From: Octopus sinensis
Lineage: Eukaryota
Assembly: GCF_006345805.1 (NCBI RefSeq)
Contig: NW_021835066.1
Coordinates: forward strand, 1-43,515
Direction of reading: 5' to 3'
DNA: 43,515 nucleotides
The position numbers were made by a program, and so were the translations under genes. Under the pieces are notes generated by a model. The model made no database searches, was not told where the DNA came from, and saw only the letters and a list, made by a program, of their open reading frames with translations. Positions 11,431 to 23,118 of this stretch are shown here, piece after piece. How positions within the stretch are numbered: the stretch's first letter is position 1; each line of letters opens with the position of its first letter.

Positions 11431-12875
11431 TATGTATATATATTTATATATATTATCGCCACATTCCATTCCATAACAGCAATCTCTGAAGAATGCAGGG
11501 TTACATAATCGGACTGTTGCAAAGTACTCCGTTGAATTCCTTATGCCAAACCAATTAGTAGGATCGGCTGCAATGGATATACAATAATTGAGTAGTAATT
11601 GGATAGTAACGAAAGGGTTTAAGGTCTGTTATGTTGTGAAATGAAATTTTTGTCAAGGTCTTGTGAATATTATTTGCAATATAATTTTTGAATCCCACTC
11701 ATTAATCATTAGTCGCAACGACAGATCTCTTTGTGAATATTTGAATATTCAAGCAGGAATACGATTTCAATGAATACTAGGATACGATATTCATCAAGAG
11801 ATGATTGATTGAACAACAGAAGGAATTATTGAATGAATAATTAATTCATTCCTTAGTTATTCATACGTCTATTCTTTCATTGATTGACTCGTTCTGCCTT
11901 TCGTTTATATTTGTGTTTATCACTAATTTTCTTCATTAAGTATTGTCAAAAAAATTATTATTTAATAATTAATCAAAATTTTCGATGTTTTTCATTCATT
12001 ACAAATTCCCTCTTTCCTTCTTTTTTATTCCTTCATTCCCCTGTTTATTTTGCACATAATTTTTTTTTAGATTCACTTCTTGTATTTTTTTATTACTTCA
12101 ACAAATACAGTCATCAGTTGTTGTTGTTGTTGTTGTTGTTGTTGACATTTGTTGTTATCGCTTATGCCCAAAACAGATTTATCTCTGATCGAACCGTTCT
12201 TTGTACAAAGACACCCTTATGTGCAAGGAATCCCTCTACTCATACTCTAAAGAATATCAGCCTTTTTGATTTTGAAATCTCGACTACAAGATGTAGCGAA
12301 GCTTATCATATGCATTCCAGGCTAATTTCATGGGTATTAAAGAAGTTTTGCTTTCGTTAAGACAGTAGAACTATTTGGCTGTTGTTTCTAGCATTTAGAG
12401 CAACCAGATAGGGACTCTTGGTATCCATTATTTCATTCTTCAGTCATTTTCCATTTAAATTCATTCTTTCATTTTTGCACTCATTGTTTTCGATTCGTTG
12501 GAATGTTGGGTTCTTGACCATAAGGCCCTGGGTTCGATTCATACACTTGGCGAGTCCTGGTGCAACAACTCTCTCTCTCCCTAATTATCGTGTCTTCGAC
12601 GTTCCGCTCTATTAAAGAACTGGGTAGGTGTCTTGGAGTCCTGTATATGGCTGTCTAAACAACATTATAAAACTTTGGGCTAGGCACTGGGGCCACAGCA
12701 TATACAACCACATTACACTTCGATTAGCATTGGGCCTTTAAATCCCTGGCTTCTCCGAACAACTGCATATATGTTAATACCTTTAGGTGGTGCCGGGTGT
12801 CCGTGCATGCTTACAACAACATAGCTACCAAAACAACTAGCGAAAGCATTGTGCATGGTACTAAGTAACACTCTT

Positions 12876-13209
12876 AGGTGGCGAGCTGACAGAAACGTTT
12901 GCACGCCAGGCGAAATGCATAGCGGTATTTCGTCTGCCGCTACATTCTGAGTTCAAATTCCGCCGAGGTCAACTTTGCCTTTCATCCTTTCGGGGTCGAT
13001 TAAATAAGTACCAGTTACACACTGGGGTCGATTCAATCGACTTAATCCGCTTGTCTGGCCTTGTTCGTCCCCTCTGTGCTTAGCTCCCTGTGGCTAGTAA
13101 AGAAATAGGTATTTCGTCTGCCGTTACGTTTTGAGTTCAAATTCCGCCGAGGTCAACTTTGTCTTTCATCCTTTCGGGGTCGATAAATTAAGTACCAGTT
13201 ACGCACTGG
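12876..13209 (+). mobile_element. SINE family A, full unit with tail Y followed by a headless partial second unit
   Basis: Head GGTGGCGAGCTGACAGAAACG, B box GAGTTCAAATTCC twice, junction GAAATAGGTATTTC at 13102-13115. Confidence 0.9.
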
Positions 13210-13264
13210 TACTTAATTGGCTTATTCCATTATTTATTCTTTCACATCTTTTATTTGTTACATA

Positions 13265-13605
13265 TTTCAATTATTGAACTGCAGCCGTGCTGGGGCACCG
13301 CCTTAAAGGGTTTTGTCAAAAAAAAAAAAAAAAATCAACCCCAAAACTTATTTCGTTTCGATTTCGGGTACTTGCAATATAAATCTTTTTTTGTCGAAAG
13401 GCTAAGTTACGGGGACGTAAATAAACCATCTTCGATTGTCAATCTGTGGAATTGGGTAATAAGCACAGCTGCAAAGTCTCCCTCTCTCTCTCACACACAT
13501 ATACACATATATGGTGGGATTCCACACAGTTTCCACCATTTATAGTAGAAGACTCGTGTTTTAGGTACCGCATAGTGGGATCGAACCCCAAGCCATGTAG
13601 TAGCC
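13265..13605 (-). mobile_element. SINE family B, degenerate copy
   Basis: GCTGGGGCACCGCCTT, GCTAAGTTACGGGGACGTAAA and AGTGGGATCGAACCC match the reverse complement of 15408-15853. Confidence 0.7.
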
Positions 13606-14120
13606 TGTTACTATTTTTTCATTCCATTCAATTAATTCACATATTCACATAATTCTTTCATTCGCATCCATTTCAACTAAATGGATCTCAAATCGCTTGC
13701 ATAATTATTCATAACTAATCCGTTACTGCATTCTGTTAGTCAACATTCCATTATTCATTCATTCTTTACTTGTTTGTACCTTTATTCCGTCATTTGGTTA
13801 TTCATCCCCTGCGACCGTAAATTATTCATTCACTAAAATAATTAGTCATTCAGGTGTGAAATATTGATGCCAGTCCAGCAACGTAGTCTAGCGACATTTG
13901 CTTCATTTTCCCAGTTAATTCAAGGCTTAACGATTCACTAATTTTTCAATCTCATCCACCTCCCTGTTAATATTTCTCAATTTTTAAAATTTTTACTGTC
14001 GCACCAAACTCTTATAGACTCACACGCCTTCCTTCTTTTTCTTACTCTTTCTCCTCCTCTCTATCTACCGCTTTCTACTCTTTTGTTCATATTTTTTGCT
14101 TTTAAAATTTCCCTGCTAAC

Positions 14121-14308
14121 ATTTTAGGCACCAAAGCCTAAAAATTTAGCAAGGAAGGGGATAGCCGATTATATCGGCTCTAGTTACCATCTTTTATCGA
14201 TCCCGAAAGTATAAAATGCAATGTCGACCTTATCGAAATTTGAACTCAGAACGTAGAGTAGGAAGAAATACCGCTAAATATGTCGTCCGACGTTTCGGCC
14301 AATTTGCG
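14121..14308 (-). mobile_element. SINE family A, diverged copy
   Basis: TTTATCGATCCCGAAAG..GTCGACCT..AATTTGAACTCAGAACGTAG..GAAATACCGCTAA. Confidence 0.8.
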
Positions 14309-14633
14309 GTCATTTTCTTTTAGTACATTTTACTTTCTCAATGTTTGAGCCCTAATATAACGAGCTCGCACAAAAAAAAAAAGAAAAAATACAGCACATA
14401 GCTAAAACCCTTACATAGATTTCAATTGGAGGGGTAGTTCATCCCTTAGATTGGTCCAGGGACCGGACGATTAAGGAACAGGCCATATTTATACGCTGGC
14501 CTCTTCCAAACACCTTCTCCACAAAATAGAATTCACTGAAGTTGTCTTCCCCCTGACCGTGGAGGTATCTACACGGTAGCTCTCAATATGCTAAAAACAA
14601 CAATTAGGTATCCCTCAATATACAATTTACTAA

Positions 14634-15082
14634 TTACGGAGATGTAGTTGCATAGCAAGTGACCTGATCTGAGATCGTGCGCTGGAACGAAAACAATTGC
14701 AGCGTGGAAGGTGTTTATAAGCCATTTAAGAAACACACATAAACCGTTAGATTCACTTCAACAATTAAATTTAATTTGTTAAAATATTTTCGTCGCTTTG
14801 AGACCGCGACCTGTTCACTGACAAAACTTCGTGCTGTATCAAATTGAAATGTTGAAGTGAATCGAACGGTTTTTGTGTGTTTCTTAAATGGCTTATAAAC
14901 ACCTTCCACGCTGCAATTGTTTCCGTTCCAGCACACGATCTCAGATCAGGTTACTTGCTATGCAAGTACATCTCCGTAATTCCGAAAGCTTGAGCCAGGC
15001 TACTAAAAAATCTGAGGAAAGCCGTTACTTGTGAGATGCAGCACGAAGTTTTGTCCGTGAACAGGTCGCGGTCTCAAAGCGC
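14634..15082. mobile_element. Non-coding hammerhead-containing retroelement insertion (inverted + permuted tandem) with 13-bp TSD
   Basis: TACAATTTACTAA occurs at 14621-14633 and 15083-15095. 14634-14840 is the unit on the minus strand. 14841-14979 is its 3' part on plus, followed by a 55-nt spacer (14980-15034) and then its 5' part (15035-15082). Confidence 0.85.
14775..14825 (-). ncRNA. Minimal type I hammerhead motif, G3:C8 variant
   Basis: Minus strand: tttgtca / GUGAACA g / gtcgc ggtctcaaa gcgac / GAAA atat UU / taacaaa. Stem II is a perfect 5 bp and stem I has one mismatch. Confidence 0.75.
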
Positions 15083-15407
15083 TACAATTTACTAAGTTAT
15101 ATTAGAAAGGAAGCATACATCGGATAAGGTAGTCCTAGATAGACTATGTCTGAAGAAACACGAATGATAAAGACACGCACGTCTTTGATTATAGGTTTTT
15201 CGATCTTGGTTTTTGTTACTAGCTGGGCCTGGAAGGAAGGGTGGTACTGTCTCTTACTGGCCCTCCTGGCCGTCCTACAGACGTGACACGAACAGAGAAC
15301 GAATTGAAACCAGTTTTATGGACTCGAGTCGTCGGATGCTTGACTTGTACACATCATCACTTCCGGTCGCTAGAGCAGACGCATATTTACAAAAATTTAG
15401 CAATTTA

Positions 15408-15569
15408 GCAGGAGTGACTGTATGGTAAGTAGCTTGCTTACCAACCACATGGTTCCGGGTTCAGTCCCACTGCGTGACATCTTGGGCAAGTGTCTTCTGC
15501 TATAGCCCCGAGCCGACCAATGCCTTGTGAGTGGATTTGGTAGACGGAAACTGAAAGAAGCCTGTCGTA

Positions 15570-15645
<76 letters not shown>

Positions 15646-15853
15646 TGTGTGTGTGTTTGTCCCCCTAGCATTGCTTGACAACTGATGCTGGTGTGTTTAC
15701 GTCCCCGTCACTTAGCGGTTCGTCAAAAGAGCCCGATAGAATAAGTACTGGGCTTACAAAAGAATAAGTCCCGGGGTCGATTTGCTCGACTGAAAGGCGG
15801 TGCTCCAGCATGGCCGCAGTCAAATGACTGAAACAAGTAAAAGAGTAAAAGAG
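15408..15853 (+). mobile_element. SINE family B, full length, with internal (TA)n(TG)n microsatellite
   Basis: A-box-like TGACTGTATGGT, B box GGTTCAGTCCC, CORE-like CTTGGGCAAGTG, internal microsatellite at 15568-15660, (GTAAAAGA)n tail. A co-linear copy lies at 19598-20078. Confidence 0.9.
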
Positions 15854-16451
15854 TATAATGATATTCCATATCGTCTCAGATATACTGTCTGTCTTTTAAT
15901 GTGTTACGCAAGTTGTCAGATGTCACAGTTAGACATTATTGATTGCCTAATAACATGGAGAAAAAGCCAAACGAAACAGACACAGACACACAAGCCCAAA
16001 CACGCGTGTACACACAAACACGCACACACACTCACACACACACACGACGCTCACGCACACACAAATTCATGCGCGCACACACACATATACATATATATAC
16101 ATGCACATGCGCGCCTGCATACACAAAGAAAGAAAATACACATAGACACATTGACACACGAGAAAATCCCACCGTTTTTCGTTCAAGAGATTTATACGAA
16201 GGATTATTTTTTTGTGCATTTTGGAAATTTTGTTTCGGAAGGTTATATGCAAAGAGAATGGAATTTCATGCATCGAGAAAAGGTGTGTGGGGGGAGGGGC
16301 AGGAAAACGAGAAAAAAAGAAAAGGAAAAAGAAGAAAAATGCAAAAATAAAATAAAAGATAAAAAGACAAGGAAATTGTAGATAGAAATGGAGAGAAAGG
16401 TTGAGAGATGGAATTAAGGGAATAAGGAGAGAATGAAAGATAGATAGGTAA

Positions 16452-16452
<1 letters not shown>

Positions 16453-16512
<60 letters not shown>

Positions 16513-16602
16513 TGAGAAAGATAAGGGAGTGATGAGAAAGATAAGGGAGTGATATAAGAGAGGGAAAGAGAGAAATTAAATTAGAGACCTCGAAAGCAAG
16601 TG

Positions 16603-16655
<53 letters not shown>

Positions 16656-16740
16656 TAAGGGAGTGATATAAGAGAAAGAAAGAGGGGATTAAATTAGAGA
16701 CCGCGAAAGCAAACGAGAAAGAGAGAGAAAAAGTCTGAGC

Positions 16741-16779
<39 letters not shown>

Positions 16780-16853
16780 TGTATAAGCGAGAACGACAGA
16801 GAGTGAGAGAGAGTGAGGGAGATTGCGAGAAACAGAAGAGAAAGTAACCGAGC

Positions 16854-16895
<42 letters not shown>

Positions 16896-17401
16896 GAGAG
16901 AGAGATAAGGAGATAATGGAGTGATATAAGAGGGTAAAAGAGAGAAATTAAATTAGACCTCTAAAGTAAGCGAGAGAGAGAGAAAAAGTGTGAATGAGAG
17001 AGAGAGAGAGAGAGAGAGAGATTGAGATTGAGAGAAAGAGACAGAGCGAAAGAGACCGAGAGAGAAAGAGTCCGAGAGTCTGAGAGAGAGAGAGAGAGTA
17101 TATACAAGAGAGCGAGTGAGAGTGAGTGAGTGAGGGGAGTGAGAGGAACAGAAGAGTGAACAACCGAGCTAGGGAGGGAGGGAGAGAGAGAGAAAGAGAG
17201 AGAAAGAAAGAGAGAGAAAGAAAGAGAGAGAAAGAAAGAGAGAGAAAGAAAGAGAGAGAGAGAGAAAGAGAGAGAGAGTGGAAAAGAAATAGTGAGAAAG
17301 AAAGAGAGAGCGAACGACTGAGAGACAGGAAGAAAGAGAGAACGAGTTTAAGCCAACGATAGAAAGAGAGGGGGAAGGAGAAAGGGTGTTAGCAAGCGAC
17401 T

Positions 17402-17463
<62 letters not shown>

Positions 17464-17485
17464 AGAGACACACACACACACACAG
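16453..17485. repeat. Polypurine (GA)n tract with higher-order duplications
   Basis: GATAAGGGAGTGATATAAGAG..AAATTAAATTAGA recurs near 16540, 16655 and 16910. ACAGAAGAG..AACCGAGCTAG recurs near 16830 and 17150. Confidence 0.9.
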
Positions 17486-18142
17486 AGATTGTGGGACTAA
17501 TATAATGGAAAATAAAATTATGCCCATGTCTGAAAACTAAGAAAAGAAATTATGAACAGCCACGCATCAAAACCCGTTGATTTGATTAAAATGTAATGAA
17601 TACTTAGGTCCCGGCTAAAAGAAATAATGTCGACATCACTCAAAAAGATCCATTTTATTGGTTTTCCTTTGATCTTTTGCTAAAGTAAGACACCAAAACC
17701 AGGATTAAGAAAAAAAAAAAACAAAATGGCGGTTTTATCATTTGTTTTGCGCGCCATGGATCATAATGAAATTAAAAATGGACGAATAAAATAAAATTAT
17801 AAATAAATAAAAAATTGAATTAAACGAACCGGTTGAAGCATTGAGGGCAGCTTTTATTTCCCAATAAACTTATAATTAAGTTTATAATCTCACTATTTCA
17901 GCGTTCTTTACATTCTCTATGCTTTTCGTTTTTTTTCTCTTTGCTTTCTTTCATTTCCCTGGTTATCTCCACCTTTCATCTAAAGTCTCTGTTTGTCTGC
18001 CTGTCAGCTTGTCTCTCTCTCTTACTCTCTCTCTCTCTTACTCTCTCTCTCTCTCTAGTCATTGCTTTGCTATTTCATATAAATATTTAAATTTAAATGA
18101 AGAAATAATAGTTACATTCTTAGAACTATTATGAATTTGGAC

Positions 18143-18239
18143 ATTATTATTATTATCATTATTATCATTATTATTATTATAATAACAATAATAATTATTA
18201 TTATTATTATCATTATTATCATTATTATCATTATTATTA

Positions 18240-18283
<44 letters not shown>

Positions 18284-18375
18284 TTATTATTATTATTATT
18301 ATTATTATTGTTGTTGTTGTTGCCGTCGTCGTCGTCATTGTTGTTGTTGAGTGAGAGAGCAGTGCATGCCATCAC

Positions 18376-18420
<45 letters not shown>

Positions 18421-18488
18421 TAATAAAAATAAAAATAAAAATAATAATAATAATAATAATGATGATGATGATGATGATGATGATGATA
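18143..18488. repeat. (ATT)n then (AAT)n/(GAT)n trinucleotide tracts in opposite orientation
   Basis: Visible directly. The orientation flips at the 28-bp insert 18347-18374. Confidence 0.9.
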
Positions 18489-18677
18489 ATTCTCACTGGG
18501 CCCCACCTGGAAGGTCATGCGCTGTTTATCTTGATATGAGATCACCATGTCGCGCACATGTGGTTGTTATGCATGTGCCTGGTGTACCCTTATCAGACGG
18601 GTAGTCATGGTGGGTATACTGGGCTTCGTATATTTTACTCCAGTGTCACTTTGATGGCATGCACTGCTCTCTCACTC

Positions 18678-18732
<55 letters not shown>
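18489..18732 (+). mobile_element. Probable non-LTR retroelement 3' end terminating in (AAT)n
   Basis: About 190 bp of complex sequence inside trinucleotide tracts, ending TGATGGCATGCACTGCTCTCTCACTCAA+(TAA)n. The same terminus is inverted at 18347-18374. Confidence 0.5.
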
Positions 18733-19126
18733 GTCCTTTCTACTATAGGCACAAGGCTTGAAATTTGGTAGGAGGAGACTAGTCGATTACATCAACCCCA
18801 GTGTTTTACTGGTACTTATTTAATCGACCCCGAAAGAATGAAAGGCAGAGTCGACGGAATTTGAACTCAGAACGTAGCGGCAGACGAAATACCTATTTCT
18901 TTACAGTCCACAAGGGGCTAAACATAGAGTGGACAAACAAGGGCAGACACAGGGATTAAGTCGATTACATCGACCCCAGTGCGTAACTGGTACTTATTTA
19001 ATCGACCCCGAAAGGATGAAAGGCAAAGTCGACCTCGGCGGAATTTGAACTCAGAACGTAGCGGCAGACGAAATACGGCTATGCATTTCGCCCGGCGTGC
19101 TAACGTTTCTGCCAGCTCGCCACCTT
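18733..19126 (-). mobile_element. SINE family A dimer (head-body-tail Y + headless body-tail X)
   Basis: Head at 19126, junction GAAATACCTATTTC at 18886-18899, second unit ends in the TTGTGCCTATAGTAGAAAGGA tail. Confidence 0.9.
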
Positions 19127-19597
19127 AATAATGATGATGATGATGATGATGATGATAATGATGATGGCGACAGCGACGACAACGACGATGATAATAACAA
19201 TAACAATAATCTCGTTCTTTTTTCCTTTTTAACACAGAAAACCCTTCTGGACAATTTTCTCTGAGCCAAAAATATTAATTTCTTTGTTACCCACTGAGCC
19301 GAAAATATTGCAGCTAACACCATACCATGTTTTTATAGATATTTTGAATGTTATACGCAGCAGTTTTTTCATGTAAGGCACAAATTCACGTTTATTTGTA
19401 AACAGTAACAATTGAAATAAATAAATAAATAAATAGATAAACGAATAAGAAATATAAGCTAAGAAATTATTAAAAAAACCCCAAAGAAACGAAAAGAAAA
19501 GGACAATTCTTCGATAAGGATCCAGAAGCTTGTAAGAATGTCGAGGAATCTTACGGCTAAATGTTCAATTTTCACTTCGACCTAATTTACGTTTACG

Positions 19598-20078
19598 GGC
19601 ACAGAGATGCCTGTGTGGTAAGAAGCTTGCTTCCCAAAACCTGGTTCTGGTTTCAATCCCACAACGTGGCCCCTGGATGGCAAATGTTTTCTACTATAGC
19701 CTCAGGGCCAACCAAAGCCATGTGAGTGGATTTGGTAGATAGAAACTGAATAAAGCCCTTACATATATGTATGTATATATCTATCTATGCATCTGTCTGT
19801 CTGTATATCTACCTACATATACATACATACATTTATATTTGTGTGTGTGTATGTGTGTTTGTGTATGTGTTTGTCCCCCACTACCACTTGCCAACTTGTG
19901 CTGGTTACGTCGCCGTAACTTAGCGGTTCGACAAAAATATCCCAACAGAATAAGTAAAAGCCTTTATAAAATAAGCACCTCGGGTACTTATTCATTCGAC
20001 CAAAAAATTCTTCTAGGCGTTGCCCCAGCATGGTTGCAGTCTCGTGACTGAAGCAAATGGAAAATATAAGATAAAAGA
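19598..20078 (+). mobile_element. SINE family B, diverged full-length copy
   Basis: Co-linear with 15408-15853, including the internal microsatellite and the CCAGCATGG..GCAGTC..TGACTGAA end. Confidence 0.85.
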
Positions 20079-20121
20079 TTACGAACATTACAAACAGTAA
20101 TCCTTAATATGACATAATACA

Positions 20122-20848
20122 ATAATCCTTTCTATTATAGAAATTTGGGGGGAGAGGGGCCAGTCGATTAGCTCGACCCCAGTACGCAACTGGTACTTAA
20201 TTTATCGACCCCGAAAGAATGAAAAGCAAAGTCGACCTCGGCGGAATTTGAACTCAGAACGTAGCGGCAGACGAAATATCACTAAGCAATACAATAATAA
20301 TCCTTTCTCCTCTAGGCACAAGGCACGAAATTTTTGGGTAGGGGTCCAATCGACTAGATCGACCCCAGTACGCAACTGTTACTTATTTATCGACCCCGAA
20401 AGGATGAAAGCTAAAGTCGACATCCGCGGAATTTGAACTCAGATCGTAAAGACGGGCGAAATACTGCCAAGCAATACAATAATCATCTTTTCTACTCTAT
20501 GCACAAGGCTCGAAATTTTTGGGGAGGGGGCCCAATCGACTAGATCTACCCCAGTACGCAACTGGTACTTATTTATCGACCCCGAAAGGATAAAAGCTAA
20601 AGTCGACATCCGCGGAATTTGAACTCAGATCGTAAAGATGGGCGAAATACCGCCAAGCAATACAATAATAATCTTTTCTCCTCTAGACACAAGGCTCGAA
20701 ATTTTTGGGGAGGGGCCCAGTCGATTAGATCGAGCCCAGTACGCAACTGGTACTTAATTTATCGACCCCGAAAGGATGAAAAGCAAAGTCGACCTCGGCG
20801 GAATTTGAACTCTGAACGTAACGACAGTCGAAATAGCACTCAGCAATA
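20122..20848 (-). mobile_element. Tandem array of four headless SINE family A units with tail X (~185 bp)
   Basis: CCCAGTACGCAACTG..TTTATCGACCCCGAAAG..GCGGAATTTGAACTC occurs four times. Units are joined through AGCAATACAATAAT. Confidence 0.9.
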
Positions 20849-21775
20849 CAGTAATAATACAGAAATACTATAGAATTTTGTGATGCACCTAATTTCGTGG
20901 TATTGAGTGCACCGATGATTTTTTTCAAGTAAGGTAATTTGAGAATGATCCTTTTTGCTTTTATTGCCGTAGGCGTTTTTAGATTAATTTGGAATTCAGC
21001 TGAAAAATCTGTTAAGTTTGCGTGATTCATTTTGTATCAATTACAAACCATTCTGGCTACTTGCAGCGAAGCATTGCACCGTGCCTGTTTTCAGTCGAAG
21101 AAATTCAACCATAGTTATGATGTGATCAACAACAATCACTCGAAACCTAATCTAAAGCATGTGATATTCCAAGAAAAAAAAAAAGAGAGAGAGAGAGAGA
21201 AAATACTTAAATTACCTCTTGTTATCAATATCAGGCAACTACGTTTAAATTTCGTGAACACCCAACTAACGAACAATGAAATTAGTGAATTCAATTGCAA
21301 ACATATATTTTGGATAGCATAACATGACTGCAAGTGTTATGTTGAGTATGGAACTACGATGCTTTTCCCCCCGGCTAACCATGCACTCGCAACAAAACAA
21401 CTGCATTACATAACATCGTTGAATACAAAACAATTCTATTTTTGTATATATAAAGCGTTTTCTGCCTGTATGCGAATAATTACGCTTACGCGCACATCTA
21501 TGTATGAATGCACGTATGCATGTATATGTGTTTTTAATGCATTAACTCTCTACCCACCCGCTCTCTGTCGCTCCTCATCTATTCCTCTCTGTGTGTGTAT
21601 GTATGTATATATATATATATTATATATATATATATATTATATATATATTGTACTGTTCTGATCGACAAAAAGAAAAGAACAAGTACTCCATCTATTGAGA
21701 GATAAATATTATTTTATGAGCTAAAAATAGTATCATGCGATGAAAACATCTCAGACGCCTGGTGCCTTATACAAG

Positions 21776-21913
<138 letters not shown>

Positions 21914-22034
21914 TATGTATATACATACATACACACACACGCATACCACACAGACACGTACACACATGCGCACACATACATACACACATACACTCACGCA
22001 CATACACAAACACACACATACATACACACAATCA

Positions 22035-22155
22035 TTACAGCGATGTATTTCATGGCAAGTATTTCGATTTGAGATCGTGTGTTGAATCTATCACGGTAGC
22101 AACGTGGAAAACACAAGTTAGTCATTCAGGTACACAAAGACCTTTCACTTTACTG
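22035..22155 (-). mobile_element. Highly diverged 3' end of the G3:C8-hammerhead repeat family
   Basis: TTACAGCGATGTATTTCATGGCAAGTATTTCGATTTGAGATCGTGTGTTG aligns with TTACGGAGATGTACTTGCATAGCAAGTGATTTGATCTGAGATCGTGTGCTG at 11209. Confidence 0.6.
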
Positions 22156-22280
22156 ACATAGTTATTGTTTTTAATATAGTTTTGTATATATATGTCGGTA
22201 TATGTGTGTATTCACGTGTGTATATATTTGTGTGTGTGTGTGTGTGTGTATGCGCGTGTATTTGTGTGTCTATCTATGTA

Positions 22281-22846
22281 TTGGGTTGTCCGGGAAGTTC
22301 GTGCCGATTTATAGTAGCTTACCTGTCGACTTATTTTATAACATGGTTGAGTCCATAAAATAAGATTTGACTACACCTCCATTTAGAGCACAGTTTAAGC
22401 TATTTTTTCGTGGAAGAAGGTTTATGTTCCTATAACCTGTGTTAATCCTGTAATCCTTTAAAATGGAAGATAAGAAAGTTCATTTTCGGCACTTGATGCT
22501 TTGGGAACCAGACAAAAATTGCTGCAGCTCGGCTGGGATGTGTTTCCCCACCCTCCATATTTAACAGATATTGCTCCTTCGGATTTTCACTCGTTCAGGT
22601 CTCTGCAGAATAGTCTTAATGGTAAAAATTCCAATTCCTTGGATGACGTAAAAATATACCTTGATGAATTCTTTGCCATGAAACGACCTCAATTCTGGGA
22701 AGAGGGTATTTTTAAGTTAAACGAAAGCTGGAGATGCATTGTGCAACAAAATGGTTCATATTTGGTTGATTAAAAATGTAATGGCAAGTATTTATTGACC
22801 TTTTGCTTTCCTTTAAAAATCGACACGAGCTTTCTGGACAACCCAA
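22281..22846 (+). mobile_element. Internally deleted mariner (Tc1/mariner) transposon
   Basis: 30-bp terminal inverted repeats (TIRs) TTGGGTTGTCCGGGAAGTTCGTGCCGATTT / AAATCGACACGAGCTTTCTGGACAACCCAA with TA on both sides. N-terminus MEDKKVHFRHLMLWE (22463) is fused out of frame to C-terminal LGWDVFPHPPYLTDIAPSDFHSFRSLQN (YSPDLAPSD motif). Confidence 0.95.
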
Positions 22847-22854
22847 TATATATG

Positions 22855-23118
22855 ATGGAGTCTCCCGTCGAAGGCGACGTATGAATGTCCAGCTTTTGGC
22901 GAAGGAGCTGTACAAATGATTTATTTGTAGGGATCAATTGTATGTGATGGACATTAACTCACTCCTTGCATCAAATCGAAATCTGACGCCGGAGTGATCA
23001 CAGCGCAATGCAGCATGATGTATTTTGATCACGTGCACAACGCACTACCTGGTCTAGGGATTGAAACCACGATTTCAAGATCGTGAGTGCAACGCCCTAA
23101 CCACTAGGTCATGCATCT
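22855..23118 (-). mobile_element. tRNA-derived SINE, diverged
   Basis: Minus strand head GCATGACCTAGTGGTTAGGGCGTTG..GGTTTCAATCCCTAGACC..GCGTTGTG resembles the heads at 26876 and 40115. The 3' boundary is uncertain. Confidence 0.6.

Noticed and set aside
14980-15030. GAAA-gctt..aggc-UA...CUGAGGA in type II hammerhead order within the spacer
   Set aside because: Neither stem I nor stem II can form, so it is probably coincidental.
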